Part shown: positions 1 through 7,560 of the stretch, piece after piece | Layout of the letters: each line of letters opens with the position of its first letter | How positions within the stretch are numbered: the stretch's first letter is position 1 | Source of the DNA: an uncultured bacterium | GTDB lineage: Bacteria > Patescibacteriota > Minisyncoccia > UBA6257 > GWB1-50-10 | Reading direction: 5' to 3' | NCBI GenBank assembly: GCA_963768835.1 | Contig: CAVYJB010000001.1 | Location: forward strand, 152,420-216,419 | DNA length: 64,000 nucleotides | Notes under the pieces: generated by a model | The model's input: the letters and a program-made list of their open reading frames with translations, nothing else | What the model was told of the DNA's origin: nothing | Databases searched by the model: none | Position numbers and translations under genes: made by a program

Positions 1-9
1 TCTATCCTC

Positions 10-93
10 CACTTCCTACTCTTTTTCGGAAGCTCCAGATAGGCATTGGAAACCTTCTGAAATTAGACTAGCATACTACATATGATTTGTCAA
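10..93 (-). promoter_or_regulatory. sigma70 promoter plus conserved structured 5' leader for a gene starting just left of the window
   Basis: Minus strand reads TTGACA(93-88)-17 bp-TAGTCT(70-65) with an extended TG. Leader 10-60 is homologous to 1724-1775, and a GGAGG SD-like motif lies at 10-6. Confidence 0.65.
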
Positions 94-183
94 GCGCCGG
101 ACATCAGGTCTATATCGTTTCCCAGGGGGGAATTCCTCCCATGCCTGAAGCGAGTTTTCGACGCTTATGATATTCTCAAGCAT

Positions 184-572
184 ATGGACCTAACTCAACC
201 ACGAACCCCCCCCCCCGACGGAATCAACTGCCGATAATTCAGAGGCTGATCGCGGCGTACAAACTCTGGCATGAGTTCGTGCCGCATATCCCGAAAACTT
301 CCCGCTACACGCTTGGGGCAAAGATAGACGCGCTGTTCCTGGATACCATTGAGCACATTTTGGCTGCAATTTACGCATCCCCGCAGGATAAGATTAAGGA
401 ATTGGGATGTTCAGTTATAACGCTGGATGCGCTCAAATTCTTCCTGCAGATCTCCTGGGAGATACATTCCCTCAACACCGAAAGGTATCAGATGCTGTCC
501 GAGAAACTGGATGAGATCGGCCGCATGCTCGGCGGCTGGCGGAAAGGATTAGAAAAAACCACCGCCCGATGA
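184..572 (+). CDS. avd: DGR accessory variability determinant (Avd)-like four-helix-bundle protein; ATG184 is out of frame across a C11 tract
   Basis: Reads LPIIQRLIAAYKLW..PKTSRYTLG..LDALKFFLQIS..EIGRMLGGW, typical of the bAvd/four-helix-bundle family, and sits next to the TR. One extra C at 206-216 joins ATG184 to the ORF. Confidence 0.85.
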
Positions 573-581
573 GACGGGCGG
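552..581 (-). terminator. GC hairpin with U-tract at the 3' end of the TR RNA
   Basis: CCGCCCG(562-568)/CGGGCGG(575-581) stem, followed on the minus strand by TGGTTTTTT; overlaps the avd stop codon. Confidence 0.6.
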
Positions 582-584
582 GAG

Positions 585-711
585 AAACAGCGGGTTTCAG
601 GGCCACCACACGATGGCGGTTCTCGGCGTTCCAGACGTTGTCGTTCTCAAGCCGGTTCACGTTCACCTTGAGCGTGCCGTCCGAGTTCACATTCACGTTG
701 GCAACGAAGAA
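585..711 (-). repeat. DGR template repeat (TR)
   Basis: Ungapped 127-bp match to 1027-1153 with 18 mismatches, 15 at TR adenines (minus strand). AAC-rich: FFVANVNVNSDGTLKVNVNRLENDNVWNAENRHRVV. Confidence 0.95.
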
Positions 712-940
712 AACGTGCGATGCGCCATCCGCGCCACCGTCCCTCGAATGCTCTCGGGACTGTATCGTATTCGGGACCTCGAAGTCCTCCAGCGCACCGC
801 ACCAACTGGCTGTTTTTGATTTTGAAAGGCGTGCTCACTCTTTTGCAGGACGTATCCAGCAAAATTCTCAAGCACGCATTTCGGCACCCGCCACTTGAAG
901 CCGTGGCCGCAAGATAGTTCCGGATGCACTATTCAGTATA

Positions 941-982
941 CAAAAATCCCCTGGGTTCTAAGTTCAAAGAACCCAAGGGATC
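941..982 (-). terminator. hairpin/terminator downstream of the DGR target gene (possibly also the DGR cruciform)
   Basis: ATCCC-TGGGTTCT...AGAACCCA-GGGAT inverted repeat followed by TTTTT on the minus strand. Confidence 0.65.
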
Positions 983-1024
983 GAATGCCGCAGAGCAGAT
1001 GGCGCGGCGGAAAGAGACAAAGGG

Positions 1025-1693
1025 CTAAACAGCCAGTTGCAGGGCCACCACACGATGGCGGAGCCCGGCGTGCCAGACGTAGTCGTACTCAAGCCGGTAC
1101 ACGCCCACCCCGAGCGTGCCGTCCGAGTGCACATCCACGTCGGCCACGAAGAACTGGTCCTTACTCTTGAAGAGGAAAAAGGTGCCGTAGCCATCGGTCC
1201 GGAGCCAGTTGCGGTGCTTCCGCACGAAGCACTTGATTTGCGCCTGCGTGAGGCATGCCTTGTTCAGGTCCGTGCCCAACGACGCAAACATCTGGGCGAA
1301 GGTCGCATCCTCGGTCAGCTCGTAGACGAAGACCGGCGTGTCCTTCGTTGCCGGCCCTGGCGCATCGGCACCATAGCCCTTGAAATCAGAATCAATGTAG
1401 GCGAAGGTATCCGTTGCATCTGCGAGAACCTCGGTACCGGAAACGGCCTCGATCACCACCGGTTGGGCGCCGGGGATAAGTTTCAAGAACTCACCCTCCA
1501 CGCCTCTCACGAATCGGGCGATGGCTTCGGCGCACACATGGACCAGCTGCCGACCGAGCTTGGTGTCCCCGCCAAGCTTGTGAATGTCCTCATACGACAC
1601 GCCGACCGATTCGAGCTCGGATACGAGCGCGCCCGCGAAACTTCCGATCCATCCGGCGCCGCTCACAACGGGATGAATGTCTCTCTTTGACAT
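1025..1693 (-). CDS. DGR target (variable) protein, 222 aa
   Basis: The C-terminal 42 codons are the VR. Has a GGAGG SD and its own promoter. Confidence 0.9.
   Translation of the reverse strand: MSKRDIHPVVSGAGWIGSFAGALVSELESVGVSYEDIHKLGGDTKLGRQLVHVCAEAIARFVRGVEGEFLKLIPGAQPVVIEAVSGTEVLADATDTFAYIDSDFKGYGADAPGPATKDTPVFVYELTEDATFAQMFASLGTDLNKACLTQAQIKCFVRKHRNWLRTDGYGTFFLFKSKDQFFVADVDVHSDGTLGVGVYRLEYDYVWHAGLRHRVVALQLAV
1027..1153 (-). repeat. DGR variable repeat (VR) at the 3' end of the target gene
   Basis: Differs from the TR almost only at adenines (AAC to GAC, CAC, GGC, TAC, CTC etc.). Confidence 0.95.
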
Positions 1694-1723
1694 GACGCAC
1701 CTCCATCATTGCGGTTTGCCCCT

Positions 1724-1808
1724 CACTCCCTACTCTTTTTCGGGAGTCCCAGGCAAGCCATTGGAAATCTTCTGTTGCAATTATAGCACCGATACTGCGT
1801 AAAGTCAA
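1724..1808 (-). promoter_or_regulatory. sigma70 promoter and structured leader of the DGR target gene
   Basis: TTGACT(1808-1803)-17 bp-TATAAT(1785-1780) with an extended TG; leader repeated at 10-60. Confidence 0.8.
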
Positions 1809-1846
1809 GTTTAAAATCCTTTTTTGCAGCAACCACAGTAGGGTAT

Positions 1847-3229
1847 TTGAGAGGCTGGACTCTCCTGCAACCCTGCGTCATCCCTTGTGATATGAATACC
1901 CAAACCATGGGGCCCCAGGGGATTGGGGCCCCGACAACAGTCCCGGCCCCCGGAAAGGTCAAATACGTGCTGTACGCGCGGAAAAGCACGGAGTCCGAGG
2001 AAAAGCAGATCCTCTCCATCGACTCGCAGGTAAAGGAGATGCTCCAGATCGCCGAACGGGAAGGACTGGAGATTGTGGATATTCGGAGGGAATCCCACTC
2101 GGCGAAGAACTCCGGCGAGCGGCCGGTCTTCGCGGAGATCCTCCGGGACATACGGAGCGGGCGGTACACGGGCATCCTCACGTGGAACCCGGATCGCCTG
2201 AGCCGGAATGCGGGCGACCTGGGGTCGCTCGTGGATCTCATGGACCAGAAGCTGCTTATAGAGATACGGACATACGGCCAGCGGTTCATCAATTCCCCGA
2301 ACGAGAAGTTCCTCCTCATGATCCTCTGCTCCCAGGCGAAGCTCGAGAACGACAACAAGAGCGTGAACGTGAAGCGGGGGCTCCGCACCCGGGTCGAGAT
2401 GGGGCTCTGGCCTGCGCAGGCCCCGACCGGGTACCTGAACGAGAAGCGGACTGACCGCAAGGGATCGGTCATCCTCGATCCGGTGCGGGCCCCCGTCGTG
2501 AAGCAGATGTTCGAGAAGGTGGCCGGGGGCTGGAGCGGCCGGAAGCTTTATCACTGGCTGAAGTTCGAGATCAACTTCCGCACGAACTCCGGGAACAAGC
2601 ACCTTTGCCTGGGCAACCTGTACCGCCTGCTCCAGAACTCCTTCTATTACGGCGTCTTCGAGTATCCGGCCGGGAGCGGGAACTGGTACACCGGGAAGCA
2701 CCCGCCGCTCATCAGCCGGGAGACCTTCCTAGCGGCCCAGGAACAGCTGAAGCAGGATCACCTCTATCGGAACGCCGAGGTCAAGGAGTTTGCCTTCACG
2801 AAGCTCTTCACCTGCGGCCTGTGCGGATCGAGCATCAGCGCCCAGGAGAAGTTCAAGAAGCGCAAGGACGGCACAGTGGTCAAATACATCTACTATGGCT
2901 GTTGCCGCTCGAAAGACACCTTCTGCAAGAACAAGTACCTGCGGGAGGAGGAGCTCATCCCGCAGCTCATTGAGCTGATCGGCGCGCTGGATATCGATGA
3001 GCCGAATATCAAGCGGAGATTCATCGAGGAGACCAAGCGCGTCGCCAAGTTCCAGAAGTCCTTCCTCGGGGCGCGGGCGGTGAAGCAGGACGACGTCGCA
3101 TTCGATGCGAGGACCTATGCGGCGTACGTGCTGAACGATGGCAACCCCGCCGAGAAGCGGGAGCTGCTCGCGCATATCAAGAGCAAGTTCGTGGTGACAA
3201 ACAAGATTGTCAGCCTGAGGAACGACTAA
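1847..3229 (+). CDS. large serine recombinase/integrase (resolvase + recombinase + Zn-ribbon); true start may be 1892
   Basis: YARKSTESE catalytic motif, WNPDRLSRN, APTGY, CGLCG...YYGC..C. Confidence 0.93.
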   Translation: MRGWTLLQPCVIPCDMNTQTMGPQGIGAPTTVPAPGKVKYVLYARKSTESEEKQILSIDSQVKEMLQIAEREGLEIVDIRRESHSAKNSGERPVFAEILRDIRSGRYTGILTWNPDRLSRNAGDLGSLVDLMDQKLLIEIRTYGQRFINSPNEKFLLMILCSQAKLENDNKSVNVKRGLRTRVEMGLWPAQAPTGYLNEKRTDRKGSVILDPVRAPVVKQMFEKVAGGWSGRKLYHWLKFEINFRTNSGNKHLCLGNLYRLLQNSFYYGVFEYPAGSGNWYTGKHPPLISRETFLAAQEQLKQDHLYRNAEVKEFAFTKLFTCGLCGSSISAQEKFKKRKDGTVVKYIYYGCCRSKDTFCKNKYLREEELIPQLIELIGALDIDEPNIKRRFIEETKRVAKFQKSFLGARAVKQDDVAFDARTYAAYVLNDGNPAEKRELLAHIKSKFVVTNKIVSLRND

Positions 3230-3265
3230 GAAAACGCAGTCTAGCCATGACGCTCATCGGGAGAA

Positions 3266-4036
3266 TTATCTTAGGCTACAACTATCAAGAATAGGTACTT
3301 CTCCTTGTGTTAATGTACCACTGATCGTCCCCCAAAAGGTTGTTGTCGCATTTTTACCTAAGATCTGTATTCTTTGTTGCCACTCACTACCAAAAACGCA
3401 AGTGACCCATTGAGGACTATTGTTATATAAGTTAACGCTTTTAAGGTCCGCCCAGATTTTTCCAAGGCCCGCGTCTCCAAAGTCCACGATCGTAGCCTGC
3501 TCATCTCCAGTGATAAGGCTAGCGTAACTTTTCCACTTTTGCTCAACGTCGAGACGTGGCGTATTCGCAAAATCGGTATCTGCAACTAGTTGAAAAACCG
3601 ATCGATCAAGGACTCGAGCGTTCCCAAATTGAAGGGGAAGGGAAAGTCCAAATATTCCTGGTAATTTACCCTCGGTAACTATATACCCCGCTGCGACGAT
3701 TATAACACCCAGCAAAACGATGCCTAAGGGTTTCTCATACCAAGCTTTTTCTTGGGAACTTTTCCCTTGAATGATCTTTGATTTTTTGCTTGATAGATTA
3801 CCTTTTACTTTTGCTGTCATCTGGCTATCCTCTGGTAATACTACTTGAGAACCTTCCATCGTCATGTCACCACCGACTTCGAAATGAACGCCTGGTTTAT
3901 ATCCTCTTTTTTTATATCGTAAGTCAAGCTCCGTCATCGCTCGCTGAAAACGGCTACCAGGAATGTTGGAATTTTCGTGTAGACGGACGATCTCTTCCAA
4001 TTCATCGTCCGTCATTTTTGAGAAATCTTCGCTCAT
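3266..4036 (-). CDS. hypothetical membrane-anchored protein (AT-richer than host), possible C-terminal OB-like domain
   Basis: 256-aa ORF with one central TM helix (PLGIVLLGVIIVAAGYIV). Confidence 0.7.
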   Translation of the reverse strand: MSEDFSKMTDDELEEIVRLHENSNIPGSRFQRAMTELDLRYKKRGYKPGVHFEVGGDMTMEGSQVVLPEDSQMTAKVKGNLSSKKSKIIQGKSSQEKAWYEKPLGIVLLGVIIVAAGYIVTEGKLPGIFGLSLPLQFGNARVLDRSVFQLVADTDFANTPRLDVEQKWKSYASLITGDEQATIVDFGDAGLGKIWADLKSVNLYNNSPQWVTCVFGSEWQQRIQILGKNATTTFWGTISGTLTQGEVPILDSCSLR

Positions 4037-4228
4037 GGAACGTATGACATGATTCTAATGCGTGATAGAAAAAATGCCAAAAACCCTTCAAGATCCAGAA
4101 TCGAACCAGGTACTTTCAAAAAACAATTCTATTTCTCCTTGGAGCCCCGGAAAACTCGACCCAGAACCTTCTTGGGAAATACAGCAAAATCGACGCAACC
4201 GCGTCTCCTCGATACTACCGACTGACCG

Positions 4229-4300
4229 TAGCCCTAAGGAGGATCGAACTCCTGTTTGCGCCGTGAGAGGGCGCCGTCCTAGCCACTAGACGATAGGGCC
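4229..4300 (-). tRNA. tRNA-Glu(CTC), CCA not encoded
   Basis: GGCCCTA acceptor stem, anticodon arm GCGCC-CTCTCAC-GGCGC, GTTCGATCC T-arm. Confidence 0.95.
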
Positions 4301-4324
4301 TTGCGTACAGGATACCCTGCTCCC

Positions 4325-5629
4325 CTAGGTATCGTAAAGGCCCGGTTTCTCAAGCCATGCCGGATTCTGCCGCACCAAAAGCTCCTCGGCCCGCAAGGGA
4401 TCGCCCATTAGTTCTTTCGTCACTTTCTCCATCCGCACCGACTGCGAAGCTTTAAGGAGCACCGCGTCATCGCGCTTGAGCATCCCCTGGAGATAGACGG
4501 TCGCTTCGTTCACGGTCATGAAGGGCACGACGGATTTGCGCGGCATTCCCGCCCGGAGCGCGGATTCAGCGATGAATTTTCCCCGAAGCCCCACGGTGAC
4601 CAGGAGGTCCACGCACTTTGCCGCGAGCCGCCCGATGTTCTCGTGTCCCTCGAGCGTGTACTTGCCGAGCTCGAGCATATCGCCCAGGACCGCGATGGAG
4701 CGCTTCGCTTTCAGGCTCTTGAGGGCCTCCAAGCCCTCCTGCACCGCGAGCGGCGAAGCGTTGTAGGTGTCATCGAGGAGAAGGGAACCGCGCAGCCCGG
4801 GGATGAGCCGCAGGCGGCCGGGCGGCGGGGCATAGTGGGCGAGCGCCTCCGCGATATCTATAAGGTTCATCCCGCAGACGAGCCCCACCGAGGCCGCGGC
4901 GGCCACCGCGTAAGCCTGGCTCCGACCGAGTACCCCGTTCAGGCGCACCGGCACCATGTTCCCGCCGTGCACAAGCTTGAAGGTCACCCCCGTCGCGCCG
5001 TTCTCGCGGTGCACACCGAAGCCCACGACGCGCACGTCCGCGGTCTCCGCGAAGCCGTAGGTGAGAACCCGGGCGCGCGTCTGCTTCCCCACCGCGATCA
5101 CGCGCACGTCATCGGCGTTCAAGACCGCGAACCCCGTCATCGGGAGCTGGGTGATGAGCTTCGCCTTCTCGTGCAGGATGGCCTCCGGCGAGGGAAAGAA
5201 CTCCACGTGCACGGGCGTCTCCCCGACCGCCGTGAAGACCGCCACGGAGGGGTGCGCGATGGAGAGGAGCCGCGTCATGTCCCCCGGCCGGTCGATGCCG
5301 TACTCAAGCACGATGACCTCGGGATATGACGCCGAGCGCACCGCAAGACGCCAGAGGGAGGAGACAATGACCCAGGGGTAGAACCACCAGCCCTCCGTCG
5401 AGGACCAGTCGCCTAGGATATTCAACGGGAGCCCCACTTCGTTATTGAAGCTCTTCGCCGAGGCGCGTACGCGGCGGCCGTGGGAGAGCACCGCGCGGAC
5501 AGCCTCCTTGGCCGAAGTCTTCCCCACCGAGCCCGTGACCCCCACGATGGTCGGGTTGTACCGCCGGATGGTGGCGCGGGCCAGGAACCGAAGCTTGGCC
5601 ATCAAGAGCCTGAGGAGGAGTTTCTGCAT
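4325..5629 (-). CDS. murF: UDP-MurNAc-tripeptide--D-Ala-D-Ala ligase
   Basis: GVTGSVGKTS, NNEVGLP, DDTYNASP, LGDMLELG. Confidence 0.93.
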   Translation of the reverse strand: MQKLLLRLLMAKLRFLARATIRRYNPTIVGVTGSVGKTSAKEAVRAVLSHGRRVRASAKSFNNEVGLPLNILGDWSSTEGWWFYPWVIVSSLWRLAVRSASYPEVIVLEYGIDRPGDMTRLLSIAHPSVAVFTAVGETPVHVEFFPSPEAILHEKAKLITQLPMTGFAVLNADDVRVIAVGKQTRARVLTYGFAETADVRVVGFGVHRENGATGVTFKLVHGGNMVPVRLNGVLGRSQAYAVAAAASVGLVCGMNLIDIAEALAHYAPPPGRLRLIPGLRGSLLLDDTYNASPLAVQEGLEALKSLKAKRSIAVLGDMLELGKYTLEGHENIGRLAAKCVDLLVTVGLRGKFIAESALRAGMPRKSVVPFMTVNEATVYLQGMLKRDDAVLLKASQSVRMEKVTKELMGDPLRAEELLVRQNPAWLEKPGLYDT

Positions 5630-5635
5630 AAATCG

Positions 5636-7249
5636 CTAAGGAGTGGCGGTCGCGGGCACCTTGTCCGGCGGGACGGAGTAGTAGTTCAGGAGGTAGGTCG
5701 CGATGTCATGGAAGGCGGGTACCACGGTCAGGCCCGCAAGCAATCCCACCCCTTGGGGCTTGTCAATCTTCACGAGAACGACGAACCGCGGGGCTGAGAC
5801 GGGCCCGAGTCCGATAAAGGTATGCTCCAAATCCTGGCTGTAGCCGCCGTTCACGAGGTCCGGGATCTGGGCGGTGCCGGTCTTCCCGGCGATGCGGTAG
5901 CCGGGGATCACCGCGAGACTGTTCACGTTCACCGCGGACTCGATCATCCCCACCACGGCCGCCGCGGTCGAGGTACTCACAACCCGCCGCACCACGGTCG
6001 GTTTCTCTTCCGCATTGAGGTAGGGGCGCATCAGAAGCCCCCCGTTCGCGAGGGCGCTGTAGCCCACCACGAGCTGCATCGGGGTCACGCCCACGCCCTG
6101 CCCGAAAGCCGCGTTCGCGAAATCGACCGCGCGGGCGCTCCGGCTTTCGAGGTTCTTCACGGTCCCGGGAATCTCACCGGGGAGATCCACGCCGGTCACG
6201 TCGCCGAACCCGAACTGCTTCAGGTAGTGATAGAAGATGGCATTCCCCATCTGCTGCTCCGCGAAGACCGCGCCGGTGTTCACGGAGTGCTCAATAACGT
6301 TCGTCATCGTGAGCCTCCCAAATGGCGTGGGTTCGGCGTTGTGGATGGTCTTGCCATTCAGGGTGACGCTCCCGGTGTCCACGTACGTCGTCGAGGTCGT
6401 GATCTTCCCCGTGTCGATGCCTGCGGCCATCGTGAACGATTTCATCACGGAGCCTGGTTCGTACTGGGACTCCACCGCGCTATCCAGGAAATCTCCGACC
6501 GGAAAATCCTTGTACGTCCGCGGGTCGTACGTCGGCATATTCGCAAGCGCGAGGATCTTCCCCGTCATGGGATCCATCACGATGATCGATCCCCCGGTGG
6601 CGCTGCGGTCCGCGACGACCTTCGCGAGAACCTGTTCCGCCTCCGACTGCACGTTCCGGTCGATGGTAAGATCAAGGTCTTCCTCCGCCGCGAGGGTGGC
6701 ATCGTGCAGCTTCTCCACCCCGTAGAGGCCCGCCGGCACGGGGTGCGCCGCGTTCAGGCCCACGAACCCGAGGATGTGAGCCCCGAGGCTTCCGAACGGA
6801 TAGTTGCGCGAGAACTTCGTCCCCACATGGATGCCGGTGAGCGACTTCGCGCCATTGATAGCATCCACCTCCTCCTGCGTGGCACGGTTTATAAGGATGC
6901 GATTCTGCGAGTTCGGATCCACAGTGAGCTGCCGGAAGATGTCCTCCGCGGGCATCCCCAAGAGAACGGCTGCCGCATCCGCCGTCGCTGTGGCGTTCTT
7001 CACCTCCACCGGATCGGCGTAGATGTAGGGATAGGACTGGTCGAGAGCGACGGGAATATCCTCGCCTCCCGTGTCCGTAAAGAATATCGAGCCCCGTTGG
7101 AGGTCGTGCTGCTCGTTCAGCACCAGCTCGGCCTGCGCTTTCTGTGTGTAGGTGGCGGCGTGTTCGATTTGAAGGCTCCAGAGCTTGAACCCAAGCCCTG
7201 CGAAGAGGATCGAGAAGAGACCTGCTAGTACGTAGAAACGGAAACCCAT
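5636..7249 (-). CDS. ftsI: class B penicillin-binding protein (FtsI-like)
   Basis: EPGSVMK (SxxK), SVN and KTGTAQ motifs; dcw context. Confidence 0.85.
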   Translation of the reverse strand: MGFRFYVLAGLFSILFAGLGFKLWSLQIEHAATYTQKAQAELVLNEQHDLQRGSIFFTDTGGEDIPVALDQSYPYIYADPVEVKNATATADAAAVLLGMPAEDIFRQLTVDPNSQNRILINRATQEEVDAINGAKSLTGIHVGTKFSRNYPFGSLGAHILGFVGLNAAHPVPAGLYGVEKLHDATLAAEEDLDLTIDRNVQSEAEQVLAKVVADRSATGGSIIVMDPMTGKILALANMPTYDPRTYKDFPVGDFLDSAVESQYEPGSVMKSFTMAAGIDTGKITTSTTYVDTGSVTLNGKTIHNAEPTPFGRLTMTNVIEHSVNTGAVFAEQQMGNAIFYHYLKQFGFGDVTGVDLPGEIPGTVKNLESRSARAVDFANAAFGQGVGVTPMQLVVGYSALANGGLLMRPYLNAEEKPTVVRRVVSTSTAAAVVGMIESAVNVNSLAVIPGYRIAGKTGTAQIPDLVNGGYSQDLEHTFIGLGPVSAPRFVVLVKIDKPQGVGLLAGLTVVPAFHDIATYLLNYYSVPPDKVPATATP

Positions 7250-7536
7250 GGGTTTAGCTTCAGATACTGGGGCTTCTTATCGAGCGTGAGCCCGTCCTTC
7301 TGTCCCAGCGTCTGGAGCTGGCCCGGGTCGAGCATGGTGTAGAACTGATTCTTGAGACCGGCGTTCGCTGCTTGCGCCTCAGGAAGCGCGGCTTTGAGTG
7401 TCAGGAGCTCCGAGCGGGTGTTCACTAGCGCGTTGTATTCGTAGATATAAAGGCCTCCGCCCATGGCGAGGACAGCGAAAAGGAGGGCTAAAAATCCCTT
7501 AAAACTTCGGCTTTTGTGCGGCTTGATGATGGTCAT
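7225..7536 (-). CDS. FtsL-like protein (TM + coiled coil)
   Basis: Located between rsmH and ftsI with matching topology. Confidence 0.65.
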   Translation of the reverse strand: MTIIKPHKSRSFKGFLALLFAVLAMGGGLYIYEYNALVNTRSELLTLKAALPEAQAANAGLKNQFYTMLDPGQLQTLGQKDGLTLDKKPQYLKLNPWVSVSTY

Positions 7537-7560
7537 GAAAAGTAAGATGAGGTTTTGAAA

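Larger units (their letters stand above)
552..928 (-). ncRNA. putative DGR RNA: structured leader + TR + terminator
   Basis: Possible -10 TATACT at 940-935 (no good -35). Stems at 829-877, 802-791/726-715, 739-760 and 774-787; G-U pairs favour the minus strand. Confidence 0.6.
1..4228. mobile_element. probable genomic island (DGR + serine recombinase) at the 3' side of tRNA-Glu; left end outside the window
   Basis: Integrase, an AT-richer cargo gene and tRNA adjacency; no att repeat visible in the window. Confidence 0.55.

Noticed and set aside
472-696. 74-aa ORF resembling the target C-terminus
   Set aside because: It is the translation of the TR (Asn-rich), not a separate gene.
4062-4289. 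ORF running antisense into tRNA-Glu
   Set aside because: No recognisable homology; overlaps the tRNA; probably spurious or a relic.
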